Assembly (NCBI GenBank): GCA_963799845.1
Contig: CAWCYI010000004.1
Coordinates: 1,088,001-1,152,000 of the forward strand
DNA: 64,000 nt
DNA from: an uncultured Nitrososphaerota archaeon
GTDB taxonomy: Archaea; Thermoproteota; Nitrososphaeria; Nitrososphaerales; CADDZS01
Direction: 5' to 3'
Shown: positions 53,953 through 64,000 of the stretch, one piece after another
How the letters are laid out: each line of letters opens with the position of its first letter
Position numbering within the stretch: position 1 is the stretch's first letter
Translations under genes and position numbers: made by a program
Notes under the pieces: model-generated
The model's database searches: none
Told to the model about the DNA's origin: nothing
What the model saw: the letters and a program-made list of their open reading frames with translations, nothing else

Positions 53953-54882
53953 ATGGGATCATTTGATGGTAACCGAGGCCGATTCGTGTTTCTCGGCTAT
54001 TTTGCTGCCATCGGCGCGGCACTTCTTGGAGGACTTTTGCCGAGTGTTTCCAAACCACTCCTCGTCCTCGTAAATCCACTGTTATTCACGACAATAGTTA
54101 CCTTTGCCCCCGCGATTCTCTTCACTCCTGTCTCGATCCAGTCCAAGGAAAACAAGCATATTCGCAGACAGGGCTACGCGATCCTCGCCGCAAGCGCGGT
54201 AGCGAGTGGACTTGTAGCACCTTACATCTACTTTGTTGGGCTCGAGCAGAGCACTGCCTCAGACGCAGCTCTCTTGGCGAACGGGGAGATGGTTTTCACT
54301 GTACTTATCGCCACGTTATTCTTCGGAGAAAGGTTGAGCCGGAGGGGATTCTTTGCGCTGACTCTCCTTGGTATCGGGATCGTTGCAGTGATCACGGATC
54401 TGAATTTCTCTTCCTCTCTGAGTTTTACTGCCCCTGGTCACATCCTAATCCTCGTCGCTACGTTTCTCTGGGGCGTTGACAACAACGTTACTAGCGCGAT
54501 AACCGAGAGGGTAAACGTCGCGAGAATAATTCAGATAAAATCTATCATTTCAGGAGCGGGACTTTTTCTGATCGCCTTCCTGCTGCATGATCTTGTAGTT
54601 AAGAATCCACCAGACCTGATCTACGTCTTCATCCTTGGCGTCTTCGTCTTCAGTGGCTCGGCGTTTTTGAGCATCCAGAGTCTGAAGCGTCTAGGGGCTA
54701 TCACGACCACCATCGTTTTCCCCATTACTTCCGTCTTCGGTCTGATTTTCGCCTACATCTTACTAGGAGAGAATATCACTTTCGTCCAAATAGGTTCCGT
54801 GATCATAATCCTACTAGGAATATACTTACTGACGCGTAAAGGCAGCGTAATCCGCGAAGGAATCAACCTGGAGCAGTACTAG
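53953..54882 (+). CDS. EamA/DMT transporter
   Basis: Ten TMs; GERL, WGVDNN. Confidence 0.9.
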   Translation: MGSFDGNRGRFVFLGYFAAIGAALLGGLLPSVSKPLLVLVNPLLFTTIVTFAPAILFTPVSIQSKENKHIRRQGYAILAASAVASGLVAPYIYFVGLEQSTASDAALLANGEMVFTVLIATLFFGERLSRRGFFALTLLGIGIVAVITDLNFSSSLSFTAPGHILILVATFLWGVDNNVTSAITERVNVARIIQIKSIISGAGLFLIAFLLHDLVVKNPPDLIYVFILGVFVFSGSAFLSIQSLKRLGAITTTIVFPITSVFGLIFAYILLGENITFVQIGSVIIILLGIYLLTRKGSVIREGINLEQY

Positions 54883-55883
54883 CCAGTCTTTTCAGCAAAG
54901 TGACAGGAGACAAATTGTCCGGGGGAAATTTCCCTCAGCTCCGGAATCTGTTCTGAACAGATCTTCTCCGCGTAAGGACACCTCGGGTGGAACTTGCATC
55001 CACTCGGTGGATTGATCGAGCTAGGCACCTCCCCCCGTATCTCAGTGCTTAACAGATTTCTCTTCCAGGGATTTGGAACCGGCGCGGAAGAGATCAACGT
55101 AATGGTGTAAGGATGTCTCGGCTTCGAGATTACAGCGGCGGAGGGCCCGTATTCAACAACGTTGCCCGCATACATCACTACGAGCATATCGGAAAGGTAC
55201 TCCGCGACCGAAATGTTGTGAGTGATGATAATATAAGTCAGGTTGAAATTCTTCTGCAAATCCAGTAAGAGGTTCAGTATCTGCGCCTGCACCGACGCAT
55301 CAAGAGCGCTCGTTGGCTCGTCGAGAATTACGAGTTTAGGTTGGGGTGCAATCGCTCGCGCAATCGCAACACGTTGCTTTTGACCCCCACTCAAGTGAGA
55401 AGGAATCCTGTCCGCGTGTTCCGAAGTTAATCCCACTGCCGTGAGGCTCGACATTACCAGGGAGTTGATCTGGCTTTCGTCACGCCCCAGTAGACCTTTG
55501 CACGGTTCGGCAACTGAATCGCGCACCTTCAGCCTCGGATCCAATGACGAGTCCGGATCCTGGAAGACCATCTGCATCTCCCTGTAGAGCTTCTTGTAGT
55601 TGACCTTCCCCTTCGTGATATTTTGCCCGTCAAAAATAATCTCACCAGCAGTTGGAGGAGAAAGAAGAGTGAGAGCCCTTGCAAGCGTAGTCTTACCGCA
55701 ACCGGACTCACCTAGTATCGCGACTGTCTTACCTCGGGGTACTTTGATCGACACATCATCAACTGCTTTCACGAATCTTTTTCCGCCTCGAGAAAACGGA
55801 TTGAACCCACGACGAATCGGGTAGTATTTCTTCAGCCCGGTCGTGACGAGGATGTTGCCGTCGAGTTCCTGACTATTCTCCAT
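54879..55883 (-). CDS. Opp/Dpp ABC transporter ATPase (OppF-like)
   Basis: GESGCGKT, LSGGQKQR, DEPT, HPYT, Cys tail. Confidence 0.95.
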   Translation of the reverse strand: MENSQELDGNILVTTGLKKYYPIRRGFNPFSRGGKRFVKAVDDVSIKVPRGKTVAILGESGCGKTTLARALTLLSPPTAGEIIFDGQNITKGKVNYKKLYREMQMVFQDPDSSLDPRLKVRDSVAEPCKGLLGRDESQINSLVMSSLTAVGLTSEHADRIPSHLSGGQKQRVAIARAIAPQPKLVILDEPTSALDASVQAQILNLLLDLQKNFNLTYIIITHNISVAEYLSDMLVVMYAGNVVEYGPSAAVISKPRHPYTITLISSAPVPNPWKRNLLSTEIRGEVPSSINPPSGCKFHPRCPYAEKICSEQIPELREISPGQFVSCHFAEKTG

Positions 55884-56958
55884 ATAGAAAACATGCCACC
55901 TTGTGGTTCGGCTTTACTTCAATCAGCCTCGGTTTCTTGGAAGTACAAATGTTCATGACGTTGGCGCACCTAGAAGCGTACCTGCATCCGACCTGCTCTT
56001 CTGCCAGATTAGGGACGGAACCAGGAATCGGCTTAAGCCGCGCCTTGTCCTTTGATCCCGACGGAATGCAAGAAAGCAACCCCTTGCTGTAGGGGTGCAT
56101 AGGTTCTGAAAACATATCGTAGACGCCGGCATCTTCCACAATGTCGCCTGCGTACATCACGATAACTCGGTCGGCAACCTGGCTTGCGACGGCGAGATCG
56201 TGTGTAATCAGCAAAATACTAGTGTTGACTTCGTCCATCAGCACCTTCATCAATTTCAAGACCTGAGCCTGGGTTGTGACATCAAGCGCTGTCGTCGGCT
56301 CATCCGCGATGAGCAATGCGGGCTTTTGAGCGAGAGCCATTGCGATCATCACCCTCTGGCGCATGCCGCCGGATAATTCAAACGGATATCTATCGATGAC
56401 TTGCTCCGGATCAGCAATACGAACTCTCTTCAACGCATCGAGAGTCTCTTCCCTGAGGAGCCTTGCAAGACCACCACGTCGAATCCGCGGAATCCTAGAG
56501 GGAATTTCAGGAGAATTCACCTTGTAGACCTTTTGCATAACGTTGGTCTCCGGATCAATCTCCTTACCTCCCTTGCGCTCCTCGCGCACAACAATGGCCT
56601 CGGCTATCTGGTCTCCGACCTTGTAAACAGGATTCAAGCTCGTAAGTGGTTCTTGGAAAATCATTGCGATCTCCGTTCCCCTGTATTGTCGCCGCTCGTT
56701 TTCTTTCAGGGAAATCAGATTGACAGACTTGTAGTTAATCGATCCAGTTTCTACCTTGGCGGGAGGGATCGCAAGAAGCCCAATAATTGAAAGAGCGAGT
56801 GTGGATTTGCCGCAACCTGATTCGCCGACTATAGCAACGAAAGTATTTCTCTTGATCACGATTGTCGTGTTGTCCAGAGCAAGGAGCCTTGTTTTCTTTG
56901 AATGGTAGGCAATAGTGAGATCAGAAATCGTAAGCAAATTGTCGCTGTTGTTTTCCAT
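55873..56958 (-). CDS. Opp/Dpp ABC transporter ATPase (OppD-like)
   Basis: GESGCGKS, LSGGMRQR, DEPTTALDV. Confidence 0.95.
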   Translation of the reverse strand: MENNSDNLLTISDLTIAYHSKKTRLLALDNTTIVIKRNTFVAIVGESGCGKSTLALSIIGLLAIPPAKVETGSINYKSVNLISLKENERRQYRGTEIAMIFQEPLTSLNPVYKVGDQIAEAIVVREERKGGKEIDPETNVMQKVYKVNSPEIPSRIPRIRRGGLARLLREETLDALKRVRIADPEQVIDRYPFELSGGMRQRVMIAMALAQKPALLIADEPTTALDVTTQAQVLKLMKVLMDEVNTSILLITHDLAVASQVADRVIVMYAGDIVEDAGVYDMFSEPMHPYSKGLLSCIPSGSKDKARLKPIPGSVPNLAEEQVGCRYASRCANVMNICTSKKPRLIEVKPNHKVACFLYGE

Positions 56959-56967
56959 GATGGACTT

Positions 56968-57886
56968 TCAGAAAGCCTCCAAGGTGTCTCTGAGCCCATC
57001 ACCGAGGAGGCTGAAACCGATCACTCCCAGAGCTGATGATCAGCCCAGGAAAGAACGGAAGCCACGGAGACGAGAGCATGTAGTCTTGGTACGAGCTAAC
57101 CATCTCGCCCCAATCCGGCAGCGGAGGTCTGACCGCAAGTCCGAGATAGCTCAATCCCGCGTACACTAAGATGACCGTACCAACGTCAAGCGAAGCATAA
57201 ACAATCAGAGTGAGAGTTATGTTGGGTAGAGCGTGCCCCAGAATAATTTTTGACCTCCCAGAACCGGACAGCCTGGCCGCTTCGATGTAGTTCTGGTGCG
57301 CAATCTTGAGAGCCTCTCCCCTTGCCAACCTTGCATACGGGGGCCACCAGATTATCATGAGCGCTATGGTCATGTTTGTAATTCCAGGACCGAGTGCTAT
57401 GCCGATCGCCATTGCAAGGACGAGCGCAGGAATTGCGAAGAACACATCGGTCACCCTCATCAGCGCTTCATCGAGAAGGCCGCCATTGAACGCGGCATAA
57501 CTCCCGATTATCGCCCCGACGAACAGTGAAAACGCAATGACGACCAGACTGACTGAAAAGTCGTTTGGAGTCGCCGTAACAATTCTGCTGAACACATCAC
57601 GCCCTAATTGATCTGTTCCCATAATGTGGGCGAGCGAAGGCGGCGCGAGTGTTGGTCCGACATCCTGCTTCAACGGATTGTAGGGAGTAATTTGAATGTG
57701 TAAAATGCTCGCCACGAACACTGCAACCGAAGTCAGAGCAAACACCGCGACAATAGACGCCCCGATGAGTGCTCCCTTGTTAGATCTTATTGAGCCCAGC
57801 GCTGCACGGACTCTATCGGCCGAAAGATTCGAGCTTGGATTTGACGGACTAAGATCATCATCGTCTGACTTTGCGCCTGACAGCAT
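56968..57886 (-). CDS. Opp/Dpp ABC permease (OppC-like), frameshift near 57033
   Basis: GTDQLGRD, YIEAARLSG, PDWG; shifted tail LLGDGLRD. Confidence 0.92.
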
Positions 57887-57892
57887 ATGGGT

Positions 57893-58916
57893 CTAACCTA
57901 ATCTGATCTGCGGGTCTACAATAACATAGAGAATGTCGGCCGTAAGGTTTGACAAAATGATGATGATCGCAAAAACTATCGTAGTTGCAAGTATCCCGGG
58001 GTAGTCTTGAGCGATGAGAGCTGTGAAAACATACTGACCCATTCCCGGGTAGGAGAAGATGTTTTCTACGAATATCGTCCCAGTAATCAACCAAGTGACT
58101 ATTAGAGATGACAGAGTAATTACGGAGATCATTGCATTCCTGAGACCGTGCTTGAAGAAAACGGTCCTTTCTTTCAATCCCTTTGCCCTCAGCTGTCCTG
58201 ACGTAATTTGCCCGCATGACATCGAGCATCGAGCTTCGCAATATTCTGACTACGACACCAAAAGTACCGAGCGCCAGCGCCATACCGGGTAAAATTACAT
58301 GTTCGAAAGAGCTTGCCAGATAAGCCCACTTACCCTCAATTAAGGCATCGAGCATAGGGATATCGGTAATTATTCTTGGGGCTTGAAGAGTTGGATCCAC
58401 TGCTCCACCGCTCGGCAGAAGATGAAATTCGAAAGTAAACACGATGAGAAGGATTAGAGCAATGAAAAATGACGGGGAAGAAATCCCGGCGAGATAAAAC
58501 GCCCTAATGCTCTTATCCGCCGCGGTGTGGTGATATCTTGCTGCAACTACGCCCAAAAGCACTCCTAATACTATGCTAACAATTATCGCGAAAACTGCTA
58601 TCTGAAGCGTGTACGGAAGCGTCTGGGCGATTACGGTCGTTACCGGAACAAAGCCCCTCGAAGGCGAGAAACCGAAATTGCCCTGAAGCAACCCAGTTAT
58701 GTAGTAGTAATACTGAACCCAGAGAGGGTCGGTAAGATGATATTTAATTGCGTACGCCTTTGCGAGCGCCGGGTGCAAACTGGCTGACTTGCCGAGCCAG
58801 GCAACAATCGGATCGCCGCCGAGACTGTGGGACAAAATGAAAGTAATCGTGATTACTCCTATAAGTACAAAGATAGCGAGAAAGAGCCTTCGAAGTATGA
58901 AGCTCACAGTATTCAA
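57893..58916 (-). CDS. Opp/Dpp ABC permease (OppB-like), frameshift near 58190
   Basis: QYYYY...G, RSSML, AKGL, ENIFSYPGMG, DPQIR. Confidence 0.92.
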
Positions 58917-59090
58917 AAAGTAGGTTCCAACTCCGTTCCACGCGGCGCGCTATTTCAATTTTGTTGCAATTTTACCATTGGCGATTCCTCCCACAAATCG
59001 AATAGCCAAAGGATTAGCCAAAGCACATCTTAATAAGCAATATCGACATTCGAGCCTTTTTCAGTCCAAATGTTTTCCAGTACGCTCTAA

Positions 59091-59834
59091 TTATGATTGA
59101 ATTAACTTTTTGACGTATTGAAAACCCTCTAGAACAACCGGGCCAGGATCTTCCCCCTGCAGTGCCTCGATTTCGAGCATGAGCTGTCCGGAGTATCCGA
59201 CGTCCTTCAGCTTGTTCACAACGGACTGGAGATCTATGATTCCACGGCCGACATTGACAAAGTCCCTCGTAAAACGGACCTCCTTCATTGGAATTTTAGC
59301 CCTGAGATCTTTGAGGTGGACGAGCGTGATTCTATCTTGATACTCATCGATCGTCTTCTCGATATCAACTCCTGCTGCCACACCGTGTGCAGTATCCAGG
59401 CACAGCGTGAGTTCCCTGATCTTGTCCATAGCTTGCTTCAGTTCAGAAGGTGTCTGGAAAGATGAGCCGAGCTCGTTGTGCAGGGAGGCGGTCACCCCGT
59501 TTTCGCTCGCCGTCTCTGCGAATCGCCTAACCTTATCAAGAGCGACTTTCCTATCGTCAGCCTTAACTGAAAACCAGATTAATGGAGTTGCTGACGCCTT
59601 CGCCCACTGTATTCTCGTCAACGCACCCGGGGAATAGGTTCCGCCGTTTTCGAGATGGGCTTCGTTTACTAGAGCTGGAACGAGTCCCGGTTTTTTCTTC
59701 AGAGCGGGCGGAAGTATCCCATATTCAAGTCCCACTCCTTCAAATCCGATCTTTCCTATTTCCGCGAGAACTTTGGAAAGTTGTTTCGGAGTTTGTAGTC
59801 GGCCCCACGGGAACGTGGTAATTGATAGTTTCAA
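59091..59834 (-). CDS. sugar phosphate isomerase/epimerase (IolE-like TIM barrel)
   Basis: GFEGVG, HNE, DTAH, HLKD, GYSG..LE; TTG start at 59834. Confidence 0.85.
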   Translation of the reverse strand: MKLSITTFPWGRLQTPKQLSKVLAEIGKIGFEGVGLEYGILPPALKKKPGLVPALVNEAHLENGGTYSPGALTRIQWAKASATPLIWFSVKADDRKVALDKVRRFAETASENGVTASLHNELGSSFQTPSELKQAMDKIRELTLCLDTAHGVAAGVDIEKTIDEYQDRITLVHLKDLRAKIPMKEVRFTRDFVNVGRGIIDLQSVVNKLKDVGYSGQLMLEIEALQGEDPGPVVLEGFQYVKKLIQS

Positions 59835-59887
59835 TTCTGAAGACCCGCCTTCTGTGCCAAGTGAGTTAGGCGGGAGGTCTTCCCCGC

Positions 59888-61930
59888 TTAACCACTCGTT
59901 ACAAACTGGACTGTGTTGAAGATTGCCGTCGAGCTCTGACCAGTGTATACCGGATCGAGCAGCATGCTCTTTACAACACTCTGTTTCCACACGATCGAAC
60001 CAGCCCCGAAGACCAGCTTCAATGTTCCCAAGTACATGTACGGTGCGTCATGATACACCTGCGCCTGGGCAGCGGTGCAAGCCGCGACCAGCGTTGAGTT
60101 GCTAGAGCCGTTAGTCCAATCGTTGACACAAGTTTGAGCTACGGGGTTCGAGTAGAGCGCCCAGTTGTTGGAAGATGTTTGGTTGTTTACGAACAGTAGC
60201 CAAGCATCCGCCGGATCTGGAGCAGCTGGTGCAAACGTTCCAGTTCCGAACCAAGAGAGCTGCGCGATGGTTTGATTGGTTACAGCTCCAGCAGCGTAGG
60301 AACTTGCACCCGCAATGTATGGCAACGCGTATTCTGCCGGCTCTGTGACTTCAATGTTGATGTTCATACCTATCTGGGCGAGATCCGCTTGAACGATTTC
60401 GGCTGTAGACTCACAATAGCTGCAACCCGCGACAACCCTGAACTCCATCGTTGGCAATTTTGCAGCGTTTATGCTTGCATTCTTCAGTATCTGCTCAGCA
60501 AGGGTTACGTTATACTGGTACGGAGGAAGATTGCCCAGGTCGTAATACTGCGACTGTGCGGGGTACTCTGGACCAACCATAGGATTTAGCCCTCCAAAGA
60601 ATACCGAGTCCGATATGTCTGTGTAGTTCACAGCGTGCACAATCGCTTCTCTGACAGCGGTAATGTTTGTTGGATACCTCAGCGTGTTCATGTCAATTCC
60701 AACAAAGAGCATTGAACTGGCGGGCATCGTAAAATACGAGTACTCGTTCGGACTGTTTTCTACAAGCGGCCAGTTTTGTGCTTGGATCGCTGCTACCTGT
60801 GCGGCTCCAGAACTCAAGTCGGCATATCTTGTTACGTCATCCTGAACAAATTTTACGACAACGTTCTTGGCGTGTCCGGGATCTAGGTATGGGTTTGCTT
60901 GAATCTGAGCTGCACTAAGGCTATCTCCCCAGTAAGTCGGATTCTGCTGGAACGAAACGTATGCGTCCTCGGAAACTCCGGTCACCACATAAGGACCTGT
61001 TCCGGGGATTGGGTGCTGGTTGAAATATCCGTTGTACTGCGTCGGAGTTCCAAAACCTCCGTGCTCAAGGAGCCACTGCGTGTCGAAAATTAAACCTGTG
61101 TAGACGGGGAACAGATTCACAAACCACTGGAAAGAAGTTTGTAAGTGGAACACGATAGTATTCGGACCTGTTACATAGATTGGCCAGGATGTGTTTTCCA
61201 TGATTGAAAGGAGTTGCTGGTTTGGATTAATCAGACCACTCTGGTTCATTAGTGCAATTGTTGCCGGACCAAAGTCTGCCGTTGACATGTTAAACACGTT
61301 GTACGAAAGCATCCAAGAAGAGGCGTTGTCTGAAAGATAGTAAAAGCCGTACATTTCCCCCCAGACTTGGTAAGAATTTAGAGGGTTACCGTCGGAGAAA
61401 TTGACTTGTCGAAGGTTGAAAGTGTAGGTTCTTCCATCCGGTGAAACGGTCCAGTTCTGTGCAAGCATGGGTTCAACCTGGACGGAGCCCTGGTTGTAAA
61501 GAGCTGAGCCATTAACATCCACGAGCGATTGATAAACTGTGTAAGTCAGCCAGTTCGGGTAGGGGATTTCACCTATAGCATACAGCTGATTTAGATCGCT
61601 ACCAGCAGGCCAGAATGTGTCGTCGATTGTGAGCGTCTGCCTAAATGGCTGGCCGGTGGAAGTCGATGTTGAACTAGAACTGGATGAAGCACTAACACTT
61701 GATGACGAGCTGCTACTGGAACTGATTGAGGAGCTGGGACTGGAGGACGTCGCAGTTGAAGACGAACTGGAACTAGTGCTTGAAGTTGACGTGGTCGAAG
61801 TTGTAGTCGAACTAGTCGCCAGATAAACTCCGGCAACACCGACAATGACTATAATCACCACAATAGCAACGATCGCAATCGTTCTCGAGATTGCCTCTGC
61901 TTTTCTGACAAAACGGACTTTAGATACCAA
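59888..61930 (-). CDS. family 5 ABC substrate-binding protein with an N-terminal anchor and a Ser-rich linker
   Basis: PMLAQNWTVSPDGRTYTFNLR, GTGPY, VREAIVHAVN. Confidence 0.92.
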   Translation of the reverse strand: MVSKVRFVRKAEAISRTIAIVAIVVIIVIVGVAGVYLATSSTTTSTTSTSSTSSSSSSTATSSSPSSSISSSSSSSSSVSASSSSSSTSTSTGQPFRQTLTIDDTFWPAGSDLNQLYAIGEIPYPNWLTYTVYQSLVDVNGSALYNQGSVQVEPMLAQNWTVSPDGRTYTFNLRQVNFSDGNPLNSYQVWGEMYGFYYLSDNASSWMLSYNVFNMSTADFGPATIALMNQSGLINPNQQLLSIMENTSWPIYVTGPNTIVFHLQTSFQWFVNLFPVYTGLIFDTQWLLEHGGFGTPTQYNGYFNQHPIPGTGPYVVTGVSEDAYVSFQQNPTYWGDSLSAAQIQANPYLDPGHAKNVVVKFVQDDVTRYADLSSGAAQVAAIQAQNWPLVENSPNEYSYFTMPASSMLFVGIDMNTLRYPTNITAVREAIVHAVNYTDISDSVFFGGLNPMVGPEYPAQSQYYDLGNLPPYQYNVTLAEQILKNASINAAKLPTMEFRVVAGCSYCESTAEIVQADLAQIGMNINIEVTEPAEYALPYIAGASSYAAGAVTNQTIAQLSWFGTGTFAPAAPDPADAWLLFVNNQTSSNNWALYSNPVAQTCVNDWTNGSSNSTLVAACTAAQAQVYHDAPYMYLGTLKLVFGAGSIVWKQSVVKSMLLDPVYTGQSSTAIFNTVQFVTSG

Positions 61931-62013
61931 GGTAGATCTTTAGCGAACATCGGATAGAGCGTATTTATGCCATTTGCCAGTCCGGAGAATTCCGCACTTG
62001 GTAACAAAACGTC

Positions 62014-63043
62014 TTATCCGGGAACTGAAACCGGAGCCCTTCTTTTCATGGATTCATCCGCGGCGAAGCCGATCTCGATTGCCGCCTTTCCGTCCCGGGC
62101 TGTTACTCTTGTCGGTCGGTTCTCGATGATGCAGTTGACAAAGTCCTCTACCTCGTCATGGTAGGCCTGTCCGAAGCGTTCGGTGTACGAAGCGGGGTAT
62201 TCCCCGTGGTGACCCGATTCATCGAGAATAGTGGTCGCATATCTCTCACCGATTCCGACAAATGCCGCCCCCTTCATGCCAATTACTTCAGCCTGGACAT
62301 CGTAGCCGTAAACAGCATACGCGCAGGAGTCAATGTGCGCCATCCCGCCGCCCTTCAGACTCAGAGTGACCACCACGTGGTCAGGTACGCCAGAAGGATC
62401 TAACTCCTTGTGGTAGACCAGTATCTCGCCATCCGCGTAGACTTTTGTGACTTCTGTTCCCGACAGCCATCTGATAACGTCAAAGTCGTGGCTGCAAGTG
62501 TCTGCCATGATGCCGCCGCTCTTTGCAAAGTCGAGGTAGTAGTTCGGCGAAAGACCGGGTGGATCGCGAGTATGAGAAGACATCATCAGTATCTTTCCGA
62601 TCTTCCCCTCTTTGACCGCTCTTTCGGCGCGACGAAAAGAGTGGTCAAACCTGCGCTGGTAACCCACCTGTATCTTGATCCCTGCCCTGTCCGATTCGCG
62701 GATGATCTCGTCGGCGTCCTTGGATGAAAGGGTCATGGGTTTCTCTACGAAGACGTGCTTCCCTGCTTTTGCGGCTTTTACGATCATGTCCTTCTTGAGA
62801 TAGGGGGGAACTGCAATCACGACTGCTTCGACGTTTTTGTCATCGATCAGACCGGAAAAGTCCGAGTAAACAGTATCGACATTCAAGCTCAGCTGCAACT
62901 TTGCGAGCCGGCTCAACGAAAGCGTCAGCTACTGCAGCGAGCCTTGCCCGTGGGATTTTGAGCGCCAAGTTTTCAGCATGAGTACGGCCCATTGCACCTA
63001 CGCCGACGAGGCCGACGCCGACCTTTCTTTTTGTGTCCGACAA
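62014..63043 (-). CDS. Gfo/Idh/MocA oxidoreductase (inositol 2-dehydrogenase-like), frameshift near 62905
   Basis: GVGAMGRTHA, VFVEKP, GYQRRFD, SGGIMADTCSHDFD. Confidence 0.9.
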
Positions 63044-63217
63044 TTAGGATCTATAACCTACGAAAATTTTCGTTCACGTATTAAGGATACCACAGGCGAT
63101 CGTTTCTGGGATAGGAAAACTTCATTCAAAATAGCGCCGTTAAAACTCGCGATATCTTAAAGGGAAACTGAAGATGGAACAAGATCGAACTCAACGTTTC
63201 AAGCTGATGTTAGCTCA

Positions 63218-63272
63218 GAAGAGCTGAGAAACGAGCTGTTTCAATTGAACAGAGCTTGAACGTCAGCTCTTC
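63218..63272. other. imperfect long hairpin in an intergenic region
   Basis: GAAGAGCTGA / TCAGCTCTTC 10-bp perfect stem with additional inner pairing. Confidence 0.5.
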
Positions 63273-63403
63273 AAACAAAAAGTACGTGCGGTTGCGAACG
63301 GCAGAATTTTTTCTATATAAGGATCAATGAAATCTAGTATTAAAAGCGCCTGAGAAAGGACAGAGTGCTTTCTGATCCAGCTTATTCTGCGCGTGGTACT
63401 AGT

Positions 63404-63880
63404 CTACATCTTTGAAAAATCAGCCAGCAAGTCGGGCTCCAGTACTCGCAATAGATCCTCAGATCTGATTTTGACGCTCTTTGTCAGCATGCCGATGTTG
63501 AAATTCACGTACTCATTTTCGAGGACTGAGTTATCCAAAAAAGTCTCAATGCCGAATAGACGCCCTAATGGGTGCACGGAACCCGGCTCGCATCTTGTCG
63601 CAGCAAGAACTTCGTCCCTTGTCGCAAAGCGGAAATGTTTTGTTTTTGCGAGAGATTCAAGTTTTGGGAAATCGATCCGACGATCTGCTGCGATATCTGC
63701 GAGAAGATAGTTACCTCCGTCCTTAGATCGAACGAGCATTGCCTTCACTCCGGTCTTGAGCTCAACGTTTCGAACCTTGGAAGCTTCTTCGGAAGTGTAG
63801 ACTGGCTGGTGTTCGAAAAGAATGTACTCGACTCCTTTCGACTTGAACAACTCTAGCAGGGCCGTCGTTTCCTGTTCCAT
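63404..63880 (-). CDS. YbaK/ProX aminoacyl-tRNA editing protein
   Basis: HQPVYT, VKAMLV, PGSVHPLG, FNIG. Confidence 0.9.
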   Translation of the reverse strand: MEQETTALLELFKSKGVEYILFEHQPVYTSEEASKVRNVELKTGVKAMLVRSKDGGNYLLADIAADRRIDFPKLESLAKTKHFRFATRDEVLAATRCEPGSVHPLGRLFGIETFLDNSVLENEYVNFNIGMLTKSVKIRSEDLLRVLEPDLLADFSKM

Positions 63881-63884
63881 ATTT

Positions 63885-64000
63885 TCACTTCAATTTCAGA
63901 AGCACTGAAGCATTCTCGCCGAGAATTTTTGCTTTTTCCATATCACTAATCCCCAGCTTCTTCACCCTGTTTACTGCGTTTTCCATGTCGCTGATCTGGT
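63885..64000 (-). CDS. C-terminus of a probable amidohydrolase_2 family protein (runs off the window)
   Basis: Hand translation ...LGISDMEKAKILGENASVLLKLK*. Confidence 0.6.
   Translation of the reverse strand, partial: QISDMENAVNRVKKLGISDMEKAKILGENASVLLKLK

Noticed and set aside
61660-61815. Repetitive GAACTGG/GAACTAG tract
   Set aside because: It encodes the Ser/Thr linker of the substrate-binding protein and is not a CRISPR array or independent repeat.

Overview
Archaeal chromosomal window. AT-rich TATA boxes sit about 25 nt upstream of mostly leaderless starts, and gene content suggests a non-ammonia-oxidising Nitrososphaerota-like lineage (inference). There are four zones. (1) About 1-24 kb: an island of membrane-anchored, Thr/Ser-rich, NxS/T-rich surface proteins built from a few reshuffled modules. 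These are a ~180-aa 'GDEWG' domain in five divergent copies, a Cys-containing prealbumin-like module in three copies, YVTN-like propellers, pilin-like and S-layer-like domains, and small Cys-loop membrane proteins. (2) About 24-31.7 kb: small metabolic and regulatory genes. (3) About 31.9-42.2 kb: debris of an integrated element (broken tyrosine recombinase, D5-like helicase fragment). It surrounds an intact PD-(D/E)xK nuclease plus bacterial-type metK pair, which lies between two imperfect ~65-bp direct repeats. An RHH/wHTH/HExxH cluster follows. (4) About 42.2-64 kb: amide-bond hydrolases, an Opp/Dpp-type ABC transporter interleaved with inositol-catabolism-like enzymes, and a YbaK/ProX gene. 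About 15 otherwise ordinary genes carry single-base frameshifts, most likely long-read assembly errors, so pseudogene calls are uncertain. I recognised no tRNA, rRNA, CRISPR array or reverse transcriptase. All family calls are motif recognition by eye, not database results.
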